Shown: one piece after another, positions 26,502 to 38,776 of the stretch
How positions within the stretch are numbered: position 1 is the stretch's first letter
How the letters are laid out: each line of letters begins with the position of its first letter
Origin: Octopus vulgaris
Taxonomy: Eukaryota
Direction: 5' to 3'
NCBI GenBank assembly: GCA_951406725.2
Contig: OX597818.1
Span: 62,186,001-62,250,000, forward strand
Length of the DNA: 64,000 nt
The notes under the pieces: model-generated
Databases searched by the model: none
What the model saw: only the letters and a program-made list of their open reading frames with translations
What the model was told of the DNA's origin: nothing
Made by a program: the position numbers and the translations under genes

Positions 26502-27468
26502 GATTAGCGTTGCTTCAGCGTTTCAAAGCTTTATAATTCTCATGCTTAGCCGTTCTCGCTTTTTATTTTGTCATCCATTTCTTCCCCCTACAAAACACCC
26601 TATGAGCACCCCCCTTTACCTCTTTCTCTATCTCTGCACCCCTCGCACATAACAAATTTATTTATTTACTCACGTATTTATACCGGACTGTCAGATAAAT
26701 TTGTTTGTATTTTTTACTACTTGGCACGTCGTCATCATACGTCTGAAAAAAGGTGATATTTATACAAATCTTAAAAAAATGATTAACAAAAAGTTGTAGA
26801 GGAAGAATGGCGCTACAAAAAACCCCCATAAAGCACTGCGGCAAAAATAAAAAAAATTCCGTGTTAATTCAAATACCTGGAAAAAGAATTAAAATAAATG
26901 GAAAGATATGAACGAATTTATCTGACAAACCAATTTAATTCTGTGCTCCTTAAAAAAAAAAGATTATGGTCGGCTCCATTTGTCAGAGTCTTTTTAAACC
27001 TCTTAAATGGTTTTTGCCTGGATTTTCCCCAGACAGCAGATAATATAACTGTTTCTCTTCATCGAGGTAATACTCTCATTTTTGTTTTTAATTTTATATC
27101 ATTCGTTGTCAATGCTTATTTTATTTTCGTTAACTGCCAGTCGAATTTTCATCGACTTCCAAATGTGACAAACTGTCCAATCTGCTTAAAATGTTTATTT
27201 GATTATTTTCAAATGATTCCCTGTGCGCCATTTAAATCCTTTCTATCTTTGCAAAAGTTTGCTCCCTCCTGATGATCGCTTGCCTGAAACTCGGAGCAAC
27301 TTTTATGAAGTTTTAGGTTTCAATAAATTCAATAATATATTTTATTTGGTAGTGGCGTGCTATTTTTTCCTGCTTTATTTTCGGCTCATATATATATATA
27401 TATATATATATACGTATAACCCTTGCATTTCATATTCTATCTTTACTTAGGGGAAAGAATAGCAGAAA

Positions 27469-27527
<59 letters not shown>

Positions 27528-27532
<5 letters not shown>

Positions 27533-28133
27533 ATTTATGTATAAATTTGTATTTTCTCCGTAGTTTTTTGTGCTAAGCCACTTGGTGTTAAATTAATGGT
27601 ATTATTAAATTAATACCGATTTTTCACCCTCATTTATAATTTTATAAATTTAACTACGCGGCAGTCAATATTTTATTTGATGTGGCATACGTTTTCAATG
27701 GAGTCTAGGCATGCTTTTGGCGCGGAATTTGAGACATAACTAAAAATGTAATTGGTTGGACCGCTCGTGTTTTTGACGCTCGAATCGATCTAATTAATTG
27801 CATTTCTGACAAACTCTACCGAAGATTTATAGATGTGAGTGTAAGTAAAACTACATATTACATTAGTAATGAAACAATTGTATAGAGTCAATCTATTTTA
27901 TTCGTTGTATTTCACTTTCCTCCCGTTAAATGTGTGTTGATTCTAGTTGGAAACTGATCTTCTGTGGTTGCTTCGGAGCTATTTTTAGCACTAGAGTTAT
28001 CCACATAGTGGATAACTCTCTAATAATTTATGTATAAATTTGTATTTTCTCCGTAGTTTTTTGTGCTAAGCCACTTGGTGTTAAATTAATGGTATTATTA
28101 AATTAATACCGATTTTTCACCCTCATTTATAAT
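27528..28133 (+). mobile_element. Non-coding element with 113-bp terminal direct repeats (493-bp period), embedded in (TA)n; retrozyme-like or solo Penelope pLTR
   Basis: 27528-27640 equals 28021-28133. Internal hammerhead fold, plus a perfect 12-bp hairpin AGAGTTATCCAC-ata-GTGGATAACTCT just before the second repeat. Confidence 0.7.
27813..27888 (+). ncRNA. Type I hammerhead ribozyme fold (U4C variant, long stem II)
   Basis: ACUCUA-CCGAAGA-[45-nt imperfect hairpin]-GAA-ACAAUUGU-A/UAGAGU: perfect 6-bp stem I, palindromic stem III, GUA cleavage triplet after 27882. Confidence 0.7.
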
Positions 28134-28739
28134 AATTATATATATATATATATATACTGTAAGTTTCAGTCAAGAATATTCCTACACCATCAGATAAAGC
28201 GTATTTGAAAAAAACTGACTGTAAAAGCAGAGGATATTTTGTGTAGAATGAGAAGACTTGCGTATTTCAACGACACAGATTCACGACTGAATATTCATGG
28301 AAAATAAATGCAGATGGAAATGGAAATCCCATTAGTCATAAAGTATACTTATACTCTTATACTTAATGTGAATTAAATTCCATAAAGTTCATAACTTCCT
28401 AGCAGATAACTTGTAGTTTGTATAGAGAACAAAAAAACTTCACTCTCTCCCATAAAATCAGAAATTTCTGTACTGTCAATATGAATGATTCTAAAAGAAA
28501 CTACTCAAACAATATCATTGACGCATAGAAGAAGGTAAACTTGAACTTGTTCAATCCGGAAGCTAAGTAAAGCCCAATGATCGAAACATGTTCGTGGTGT
28601 AATTGACAATAACACCGTTGTTGCGTCTTGAGTAACTCGTTGTCTGAGTACATTGAGGAGTGGATTTTCTTTTGACTTAAGCCACTATTGCTACCATCTT
28701 ACAATCATGCTCATATCAGTATGTGTATATATCTCTATC

Positions 28740-28836
<97 letters not shown>

Positions 28837-29232
28837 ATATATAGCCTTTCATTTCATACACGCCAGCACAATTTGATTCGTTCTCAATCGAAAGACACCT
28901 GTTGTTATTTTCTTGTTGTTTGTATTTGTAATTTTGTACCATGATGTTTTCCGTTTTTTGTCTTTGTTGCGGTACACATTCTCAAGCTTTCTTATAAAAA
29001 ATCTAATGCTCTTAACTTAGACTTTTTTGGCGGCAACCAGATCGAACTGTCTCTGTAACTGCCCGAAACAGTAAGGACTACTGGTAACTTAACTGAGGAA
29101 AGAAGGCCATGAATGACCCGTCCTTTTTTGCCTGTCCTTCTAATTGTTGTTTCTCTTGTCTGCCTTTTCATCGTCTATCTGTTCGAATGTTTTATTGTCC
29201 TCTATCGCGTTTTCGTTCCATTATATATACAT

Positions 29233-29292
<60 letters not shown>

Positions 29293-29294
29293 GT

Positions 29295-29363
<69 letters not shown>

Positions 29364-29462
29364 CTGTGTGTGTCTGTGTATGCGTGCGAGTGTGCGTATC
29401 TTATGTAAGTATATCAGATATTTACATACGCACGTATACGAATGTTATGTATATGCGTATTA

Positions 29463-29506
<44 letters not shown>

Positions 29507-29507
29507 C

Positions 29508-29548
<41 letters not shown>

Positions 29549-29574
29549 GACACAAGCACACACACATTTATACA

Positions 29575-29777
29575 CAAGGTGGGGCTGAAAACTTCCTGGC
29601 TTTGGGTGAAAGAAAATGCTGGGGATCACTTAATTATGGTTTTATTCAACATATTCCCTTCTCAGAATCACACACTTATCGCAGCGGGCCATCGATTTTT
29701 CTAAGTCCTGTAAAAGAGCTCAGATGTTTGGTCCTCCAACCAAGCCTTTCACGATCCCTTTAAAGCCAGGAAATTTA
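29575..29777 (-). mobile_element. Mariner-derived MITE
   Basis: Inverted aaacttcctggcttt / aaagccaggaaattt. The minus strand encodes FTGLRKSMARCDKCVILRREYVE*, resembling the mariner transposase C-terminus (..GIxKLxxRWxKCIxxxGDYVE). Confidence 0.65.
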
Positions 29778-30429
29778 TATATGCTTATACACGCGCGCTC
29801 ACGCTCACGCACTACCCCACCCCAACATATATGTGTACCCACGGACAGTAGATTTTAACTTGTTAGATGAAACCTAATTAGAATTGACGGAACTTACATT
29901 TAAGGATAGATATGCACGCCAGACGTACATTTTATGCATGCAGAGAAAAATTCTAACTTTCTGTTACAGCATGTCTGACAATTGTAACAGTGACCTTACG
30001 AAATTCGTGATATTGTGCGCTGTAGTGAATTTCCTATACCATATATTGTTGGACCTAGATTGCATAACATTGGAACCTCTGTGATGTGCTTCGAATTAAT
30101 GTCTCGGTTTTATTTATTTAATTTTGGAGAAACGTAATGAGAGAAATTTCTTTATTTAAATAAGTAGTTGTAACGGAAATTCAACTTATCTCAAGATGTA
30201 TTCGCTTGTTTGTATCTCTTTGAAATTCTTTAAAACATTTTAGATGTTCTTTGAAGTCCTTTGAATATTCTTTGAATATCTACACTTCTCTTTTGCAACT
30301 CGTATTTTTCTTTGAAAATGTTCTGTAAACTGTTATCAAATGCATTTCTGGATTTTGTTGACGTTTTGTACCAAAATTATTTTAATTTGTTATACATACA
30401 AACATACATATACATTCATGCATGCATAC

Positions 30430-30490
<61 letters not shown>

Positions 30491-30518
30491 CCATACATAC
30501 ACATACACACACACACAG

Positions 30519-30573
<55 letters not shown>

Positions 30574-31247
30574 GATAAATAAATAATATATATATATATA
30601 TATATCATTATATACAGGTATGCCCATAAGCTGCTTTATCCATTTCTTTATTAGTATTAGAAATGAGTAAAGCAACTTATGGCCATCCTTATATATATTC
30701 AATTTGGGTATGAACCTTGTAGTTTGCATTAGGAAGCCCGCATACAGGTATCGGGTAACAGACACGCTTTTACTGTGAAAACCGTTCGTATTAGTGAAGA
30801 TACATAAAGAAATCCGTGAATATCTGTGAAAAATATAGATAAAATATGCAAACAAGAGAAGCTGGATTGAGCAAACACATTTTGTTGCTTAATCTCCGCT
30901 TTACCAGCAGATCATTGCCAAAATATTATCATATAATATATTGAATACTACTTGTTATTTCAGTAATATTGGTAAGCACGGATTCTTCAGATATAAACAT
31001 AAAGAGTTTGCAAAAGTTCGCTAAAGCAAACAATATTCCATACAATGTATACCACAAGTTGATTCTATTGTGATAATTTCATTTGCATATCACAATTGAA
31101 ACCAAAATCAGTTACCATTACATCGTAAACCACAAATTCCCTTCACCCGGCCCAAGAGAGCGGTGCTAAATAAAACAAAGCTTAAAGGAAAATAAGGAAA
31201 TAGATAGGTAATATATGAGCAAACAGACAAAAAATGATTTATCTTAC

Positions 31248-31310
31248 CTTTGTGTCTGCGTAGATCTTAACTCTTAATATCTAGCGTTTTTCCTAAGGTC
31301 GAGAGGTTGT
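31248..31310 (-). other. Candidate non-coding exon (63 nt)
   Basis: Acceptor cttaactgttctgctcag and donor AAG/gtaaga on the minus strand; stops in all three frames. Confidence 0.3.
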
Positions 31311-31786
31311 CTGAGCAGAACAGTTAAGCATAATACGGTCTACTTTACTCACAGTTATTTACTATTTCAAACTGATTTTCAATCAACCTACTTATCCACT
31401 TCGTATAATCGCGCATCGAACTAAATAATTAATAGCGACGTTAGAGATCAAGACTACCTTTTGGTAAAAATACTGCTTCTATCACCATTAATTATGGTTT
31501 AATAATCACACTGGCAATGAGAATCTATATATCGTTGATGGGAAATTCAGCTGTTATTGTACTGCTGGATATCTGCCACTGAGGAAGCCACTGCAGGGTG
31601 AAATCATATGATCTGGCAGTTCTGTCAGCCATACCAGACAATTGTCGTCTGTCAACAATATAATTATGTGTTCTTTTATGCACCATGTGTCCTCATGAGA
31701 GACCCTCTCAAGGTAAACAGTACAGTATTCTATTTCTAACACAACCTCCACATTAAGGTGAGGATCAAGTTTAACTTTTGTTATAG

Positions 31787-31842
<56 letters not shown>

Positions 31843-31847
<5 letters not shown>

Positions 31848-31915
31848 AATCAAGGAATGGTCATAATAGGCCATTCACCCACTATGGCCTATTATGGCCA
31901 TTCCTTGATTGTGAT
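31843..31915. repeat. 32-bp-arm hairpin with 9-nt loop
   Basis: atcacaatcaaggaatggtcataataggccat / atggcctattatggccattccttgattgtgat, with one mismatch. Confidence 0.95.
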
Positions 31916-32016
31916 GTTGAACTTATAAATGGTCTATGACTATTTAATTTTTTTCCCACTAGGCCGCTGGTGGCAAATAAATTCTACGAAATTTTTTGCC
32001 ACCCTATATTGATTAA

Positions 32017-32058
<42 letters not shown>

Positions 32059-32305
32059 GAAGAGAGATATAACTTATCTCTATGTGCTTAAATTTTCTTC
32101 TCTCTTCCTCTCTACCTTATTCGGAATGCATCTCCTCGTTTCCCTACCTAATATACTTTGTATTTTTCTCCACTTCTGTATTTTTCTCTACCCCGTTTAA
32201 TTAGGTTTAACTTCCCCTTTTCCTTTCTGCGACAATACTTCCCTTCTTCCTTTCTGTCTCAAATATAGATACACTTTCTTCATTAGCTTATGATAACTAA
32301 TCATC

Positions 32306-32664
32306 GTGGCACTCCGTCGGTTTCGACGACGAGGGTTCCAATCAACGGAACAGTCTGCTCGTGAAATTAACGTGCAAGTGGCTGAGCACTCCACAGTCAT
32401 GTGTACCCTTAACGCAGTTCTCATGGAGATTCATCGTGACACAGAGTGTGACAAGGCTGGCCCTTTGAAATACAGATATAACAGAAACAGGAAGAAAGAA
32501 TGAGAGAAAGAGTGCAACAGGGTCCCCCACCATTCGCTGGCAGAGCCTCGTGAAGCTTTAGGTGTTTTCGCTCAATAAAAACTCACAACGCCCGGTCTGG
32601 GAATCGAAATCGTGATCCTACGACCACGAGTCCGCTGCTCTAACCGCTGGGCCTTTGCGCCTCC
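32306..32664 (-). mobile_element. Full-length SINE family C
   Basis: tRNA-like head at 32664 downward, through to the ...accgacggagtgcc 3' end. Confidence 0.85.
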
Positions 32665-33086
32665 ACACTGTAACTAATATCCACACACCCTATATTGTAA
32701 TACTTGTAGATACGTGTCAGCTTGGCCTTCGATTTTCATTCTTTCATTCCTTTTTCTCTTCTTCCATTTCTTTTTAGTTTTCTTTCTCCTCTCTCTCCTT
32801 TATTCTTTCCTTTTAACTTTTCCCATTTTCTCCTTCAACGTAGCTTTTATTACGTTGGAAAAAAATTCCCGGCGTGTTTTTGATATAATCACTTCGAGGG
32901 TACCTTTTCCAATACTGACAGTAATATAAGCATTCCTTGTTACAGCGTTTTTATTTTTTATTTTATTTTCAGTTACACCAGAGTTGTTAAATTCGAGTCG
33001 ATTTTACCCTTAAAAACGGAATTTAGTTCAACCCTATATCAGACACTGCGTGCTGTGTAAACCCAAAGGGGTCTCTTAAGAAATAG

Positions 33087-33570
33087 AAGCAACTGGAGGA
33101 TTTCGTTCTGTCGATGGAAATGAAGCATTAAGTGTCCAGCTATGTCTTTGATAGTTTGGTCGGTTTCGTTCAGGAAGTTTTTCTTTCGTAGATTCCACTC
33201 TATCTGGACGACCAAGTTTTGTCAATACTGAGCTTCTGAAAACTGTAATTGCTGAAAATTCAAAGCAAACTACACGTAAAATGGCAAAACATTTCAATTC
33301 AAGTTACATTTATATCATAAAACACCTTCATAAACAAGGAGAAATGTCTAAATTTCGCTCTGTGGGTCATTTGTCACCTGCATTCTTCTCAGCTTAATCA
33401 AAGAGTTGCCCTCTATACATGATTGAAGAGTAGGCTTGCTACAGAATCTTTCATTGGTAGATTCATCACAATTAATGGAACGCTGGTTCTCTGTAATCAT
33501 ATCGAACCAAAGCAGTAATGGTTAGCACCCAATGATAAAGAAGAACCCGCCATATAACACCGAAAAAGCT
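33087..33570 (+). pseudogene. Decayed mariner (Mos1/Hsmar-like) transposase, N-terminal half
   Basis: EATGGFRSVDGNEALSVQLCL**FGRFRSGSFSFVDSTLSGRP...NSKQTTRKMAKHFN..HLHKQG, then RFITINGTLVLCNH..Q*WL (decayed IVTGDEKW region). Confidence 0.8.
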
Positions 33571-34062
33571 TTTGCGACTTTCTCCATCTTGAAATGCAGC
33601 AAAACTTTCTTTTTAACCTAAAACATATCATTTCTCTTGATCTGTGTGCTGGTAGGATCGTTAACACCTCCGGGCAAAATTGTTCACGGTATTTCGCTCG
33701 TCTTTACGTTCTGAGTTCAAATTCTACCATGGTCGGCTTTACCTTTTATCCTTTCGGGGTCAATCAAATAAATTCCAGTTGATTAAAGTGGTCGATGTAA
33801 CCGATTTGCCCCTTCCCTGAAATTGCTGGCCTTGTGCCAAAATTTGAAACCGATGTTTTTTATTTCTCTAATTATTCTTTTGGGTCAACTTCTTTCTATC
33901 AGTAATTCTCAATTATATTTTATTGTACGTCGCTTTACCAGCTGTTAAATGTCAAATAATTGTTTTGCTTTTAAGCATTAACATCTTTTGATATTATGAC
34001 AACTTTTTATGCTTCTACTTTATAACAAAATCTTAGTCGTAGTTAAAAGTGCTAACGCGAAA

Positions 34063-34829
34063 CTCACTCACTCACTCACTCGCTCACTCGCTCATCCACT
34101 CACTCACTCTCTCATCCACTCACTTACTCACTCACTCACTCACTCATCCACTCACACTCACTCACTCACTCACTCACTCACTCACTCGCTCATCCACTCA
34201 TTCATTCATTCACTCACTCACTCACTCACTCACTCACTCACTCACTCACCCGCTCACTCTCACTCACTTACTCACCCGCTCACCCGCTCACTCAGTCAGT
34301 CAGTCAGTCACTCACTCACTCGCTCACTCACTCATCCACTCACTCGCTCGCTCACCCACTCTCTCACTCACTCGCTCGCTCATCCACTCATTCACTCACT
34401 CTGTCACTCACTCACTTACTCACCCAGTCACTCTCACTCACTCGCCCGCTCTCTCACTCACTCGCTCAGTCAGTCAGTCAGTCACTCTCTCACTCACTCG
34501 CTCACTCATTTACTCACTCACTCATTCACTTTCTAACTCACTCACTCGCTCACCCACTCTCTCTCTCACTCACTCACTCACTCACACACTCGCTCATCCA
34601 CTCATCCACTCACTCACTCTCACTCACTTACTCACCCGCTCACCCGCTCACTCAGTCAGTCAGTCAGTCACTCAGTCACTCGCTCATTCACTCACCCACT
34701 CACTCGCTCGCTAACCCACTCTCTCACTCACTCACTCGCTCGCTCATCCACTCATTCACTCACTCACTCTCACTCACTTACTCACCCAGTCACTCACTCA
34801 CTCCCACTCACTCACTCTCTCACTCACTC
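34063..34829. repeat. (CACT)n-derived compound satellite with duplicated sub-blocks
   Basis: Visible; the block cttactcacccgctcacccgctcactcagtcagtcagtcagtca occurs at ~34267 and ~34627. Confidence 0.95.
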
Positions 34830-35084
34830 CTGTGTATACTCTCTTTTTAAACCGAAGCCAAGAGCGAGAATAAACTGTAATCGCGAGATTTCAGTTTTTC
34901 CTGTTTTCGTTCTTAATAAAATAAATGCTCTACAACATGTATTGAGTTCTGCTTTCTCATTCGTTTCATAAAGGAACGCACGTATCTTTGCAAATACACA
35001 CACACACACACACACACATACACACAAACACCAACAAGCACACTCACAAACGTGCACACACACACACACATATGTGTATGGGCG

Positions 35085-35139
<55 letters not shown>

Positions 35140-35826
35140 GTATTTACACATACACACACGGACGGACGCACACACACACACATACATACACCACATATAT
35201 ATATACAGCAATTTCACTGCGGTGGCACAGCAGCGCCACCTTCAATTTATTAATCAATCAAATCACGTCCAGCACTTAATTAGTGCAGTAGTTATTTCAT
35301 TTCATCGATCTTTATCTGATGAACCGTTCAGCTAATGCACACAAATGGACACAGCATTAAACAGCATCTGCTTCTACACTAGCGTAAACGTTAATACACA
35401 CACAACAAATACACACACTCAAACACACACACACAAGACACACACAAGACACACACACATACAATACACACATACAATACACATACACAAACTCACAGAC
35501 GCACGCACACAGAAATTTACACAGACATACACATACGTACGTACATGCTTCAAGGACGTCTGTACAGTTTTCATTCTTAATTATATTTGATTTTCAGACT
35601 AAATAATATACGGTTTGAGAAGCTTTATAATTGTGGTGGTATGTTAAAACACATTAATGTCTATTTATATAACAAGTTCTCAAGAGTTCTTCTGTGGGCT
35701 TCAAAGGTTTCTAAAAAATATATTGGAGCTGTAAAGAGACAAAATTACTTAAACAAATTTTACTTTCTGCACTTGTTCAAAACATGTTATAGTATGAATG
35801 TATGTATGTTATATAAAGTCTCTCAA

Positions 35827-36612
35827 GGCGGCGAGCTGGCAGAAACGTTAGCACGCCGGGCGAAATGCTTTGCGGTATTTCGTCTGCTGCTACGTTCTAA
35901 GTTCAAATTCCGCCGAGGTCGACTTTGCCTTTCATCCTTTCGGGGTCGATAAATAAAGTACCTGTTTCGCACTGGGGTTCGATATAATCGACTTAATCCA
36001 TTTGTCTGTCCTTGTTTGTCCCCTCTGTGTTTAACCCCCTGTGGGTAGTAAAGAAATAAGTATTTCGTCTGTCGTTACGTTTTGAGTTCAAATTCAGCCG
36101 AGGTCGACTTTGCCTTTCATCCTTTCGGGGTCGATAAATAAAGTACCTGTTTCGCACTGGGGTTCGATATAATCGACTTAATCCATTTGTCTGTCCTTGT
36201 TTGTCCCCTCTGTGTTTAACCCCTTGTGGGTAGTAAAGAAATAAGTATTTCGTCTGTCGTTACGTTTTGAGTTCAAATTCCGCCGAGGTCGACTTTGCCT
36301 TTCATCCTTTCGGGGTCGATAAATAAAGTACCTGTTTCACACTGGGGTTCGATATAATCGACTTAATCCATTTGTCTGTCCTTGTTTGTCCCCTCTGTGT
36401 TTAACCCCTTGTGGGTAGTAAAGAAATAAGTATTTCGTCTGTCGTTACGTTTTGAGTTCAAATTCCGCCGAGGTCGACTTTGCCTTTCATCCTTTCGGGG
36501 TCGATAAATAAAGTACCAGTTTCACACTGGGGTCGATGTAATCGACTTAATCCCTTTGTCTGTCCTTGTTTGTCCCCTCTATGTTTAACCCCTTGTGGGC
36601 AATAAAGAAATA
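35827..36612 (+). mobile_element. SINE family A head-to-tail tetramer (185-bp period)
   Basis: Units start at 35875, 36060, 36245 and 36430; TSD atataaagtctct on both sides. Confidence 0.92.
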
Positions 36613-36630
36613 CATATAAAGTCTCTTGTG

Positions 36631-36935
36631 AAGGCGCGTGGCTTAGTGGTTAGAAGTATTTGCCACACGATCGTACGGTTGTAAGTTCGATTCTCGGCGA
36701 CAATTTCTAACCTTGAGCCAGGCGTTTTATTTCACGTTGCTCCAGTTTACTGAGATGGAAAAAATGAGTCGTATCTGTATTACAAATATGCAGCCTTATC
36801 ATATTCAGTGTCGCGCTGAATCTCCCTGGGAACTACGTTAAGGGTACATGTGTCTGTGGAGGACTCGGCCACTTCTATGCTAATTTCCAGAGCAGGCTCA
36901 GCTGGAACATTTATCATCGTCAGCGATGAAGTGTT
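36631..36935 (+). mobile_element. Diverged tRNA-derived SINE with a family D-like central domain and family C-like 3' part
   Basis: A-box TGGCTTAGTGG, B-box AGTTCGATTCT. tttatttcacgttgctccagtt is shared with family D; ctgaatctccc..gaactacgttaagggtac is shared with family C. Confidence 0.65.
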
Positions 36936-38728
36936 AGTATGTGCGTGCGCACGTGAGTAATTGATGAAAATTTGGGTAAAATCCTTGTACTATGCTATGC
37001 AAAGCTCGTCCACAGCTATTTGCTACCTAATGCCATACAGTGGGAATACTCCTTACATTGGATATACAACCGGAATTCCATAGTATCTGTAGAGTTTGTA
37101 CCAAGAGTTATTCCGGGTTTGACGATGTGCAGAAACAGTTTTAATGATATGGAATCAAGAATATCGTTGAATCTGGGGTAAAAGGGATTAATAAATCTAA
37201 ATTCAGGCTGATATCAAGTGCCGAACCGCTAAGTTAAAGGAAAGTAACCATACCAACACCGGTTATCAGTCGGTGATGGGGCGGGGGTCAAACACAAACT
37301 CAAAAACTAACTACCGAACTATTTTGATAAAATAGTCTCAGTCAGATTTGACTGTCAAAAATTAAGCAGTGGTGAGAAAAAATACACTTGAGTATTAAAG
37401 CAGTGATGACAATAAATGAACACAAATACAGATGTATCTATACTTTTGTGAAAGCGCATAGCCTAATGGTTAGGGTGCTGGACTTAAGATCGCTAGGTCG
37501 TATGTTCGATCCCTGGGTCGAGTGGCGAATTGTATTCTGGAACAAAACACATCATTTCACTCAGATTTAAGTGGAGTTACCCTGCGATGAACTATTTTTC
37601 CGATCGGGGACGAATGATGGCCTGCTTACCTAGCCAGCAACATGGCATCACACAGAAGCTAAAACGATTCAAAGTGCATTGTGATCGATCATTGATGTAC
37701 AACAACATCCAATAGGCTGGTTGATCACGTGATATACATTTTGGTTTAAGAAGGAAACCAAATACTTCAGCAGTTCTGCCCAGGAATTTAGCTCTGTCCC
37801 CTCGAAGCATCTAAACATCGGTTTGTTGAGAATTACGAACTGAATGAAGTGCTTCGAATGGAACGAATAACCAATGTAATCAGAATTCACATCGAGACTA
37901 ATGCTGCTGCCACCTACTGCTAGCATTAAACGAGAAATAAGAGACCTTCAGTATTAAAGATTGAATCAAAACACACATTTAAGATAAAGATCATAACTAA
38001 AGTTTTAAATTCGTTTTACAACCGTATAAGTTGTATAGCTTCAGTTTCAAGTCAGAATTCAATTTTAAGACCAGTTTTAAAGTTTTCTCTCTCTTCATTG
38101 CAAATATTTCTAAAATTTCTCTTTACGTGGCAAATCTTTAGCTTCTATTTTCAATAGTATGTATTCAAAACTCACAAATATCTCAAACGAATATTGAATA
38201 TATACATATCAAGTAGCAGATTTTGAAGTAGATAACCCAAACAACCATATTTAATACAATTCAATGCTTCTTTTCTATCTGATAGATTTTTTTTTTCTTT
38301 ACGTCCTAAATTACTGTAAGTAAAATCAATAGTCCAAAACTAAGTAGGCTATTGATTTTAAATCTTTGTGAAAACCCACACCGCTTATTCCTTTAGAAAT
38401 CATTATCATAATGGCCATGGTAACTCTTGCAGCACTGATAATGATCAAACGTAAGATGTGAGCCATTCAAAAATCTGAGTCAATTTTGCATCAATAAAAA
38501 GATGTTCAGTGTAATTTTATATGATTTAAGAAAAAATATAGATAAATAAAAAAAACTTATCAAATCAACCAGAGAAGTCACAGAAGAGAAATTAAATAAA
38601 AACTATAAAACTATACACCCACACCCAAACACACACATGCATATATATATATGTGTGTGTGTGCATATATGGATATGTGCGTGTGTATATATATATACAT
38701 GTGTGTGTGTGCATATATGGATATGTGC

Positions 38729-38776
<48 letters not shown>

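Noticed and set aside
35827-36612. Regular repeat array resembling a CRISPR array or tRNA cluster
   Set aside because: The units are contiguous SINE bodies with no unique spacers, the context is eukaryotic, and no hammerhead core was found on either strand.
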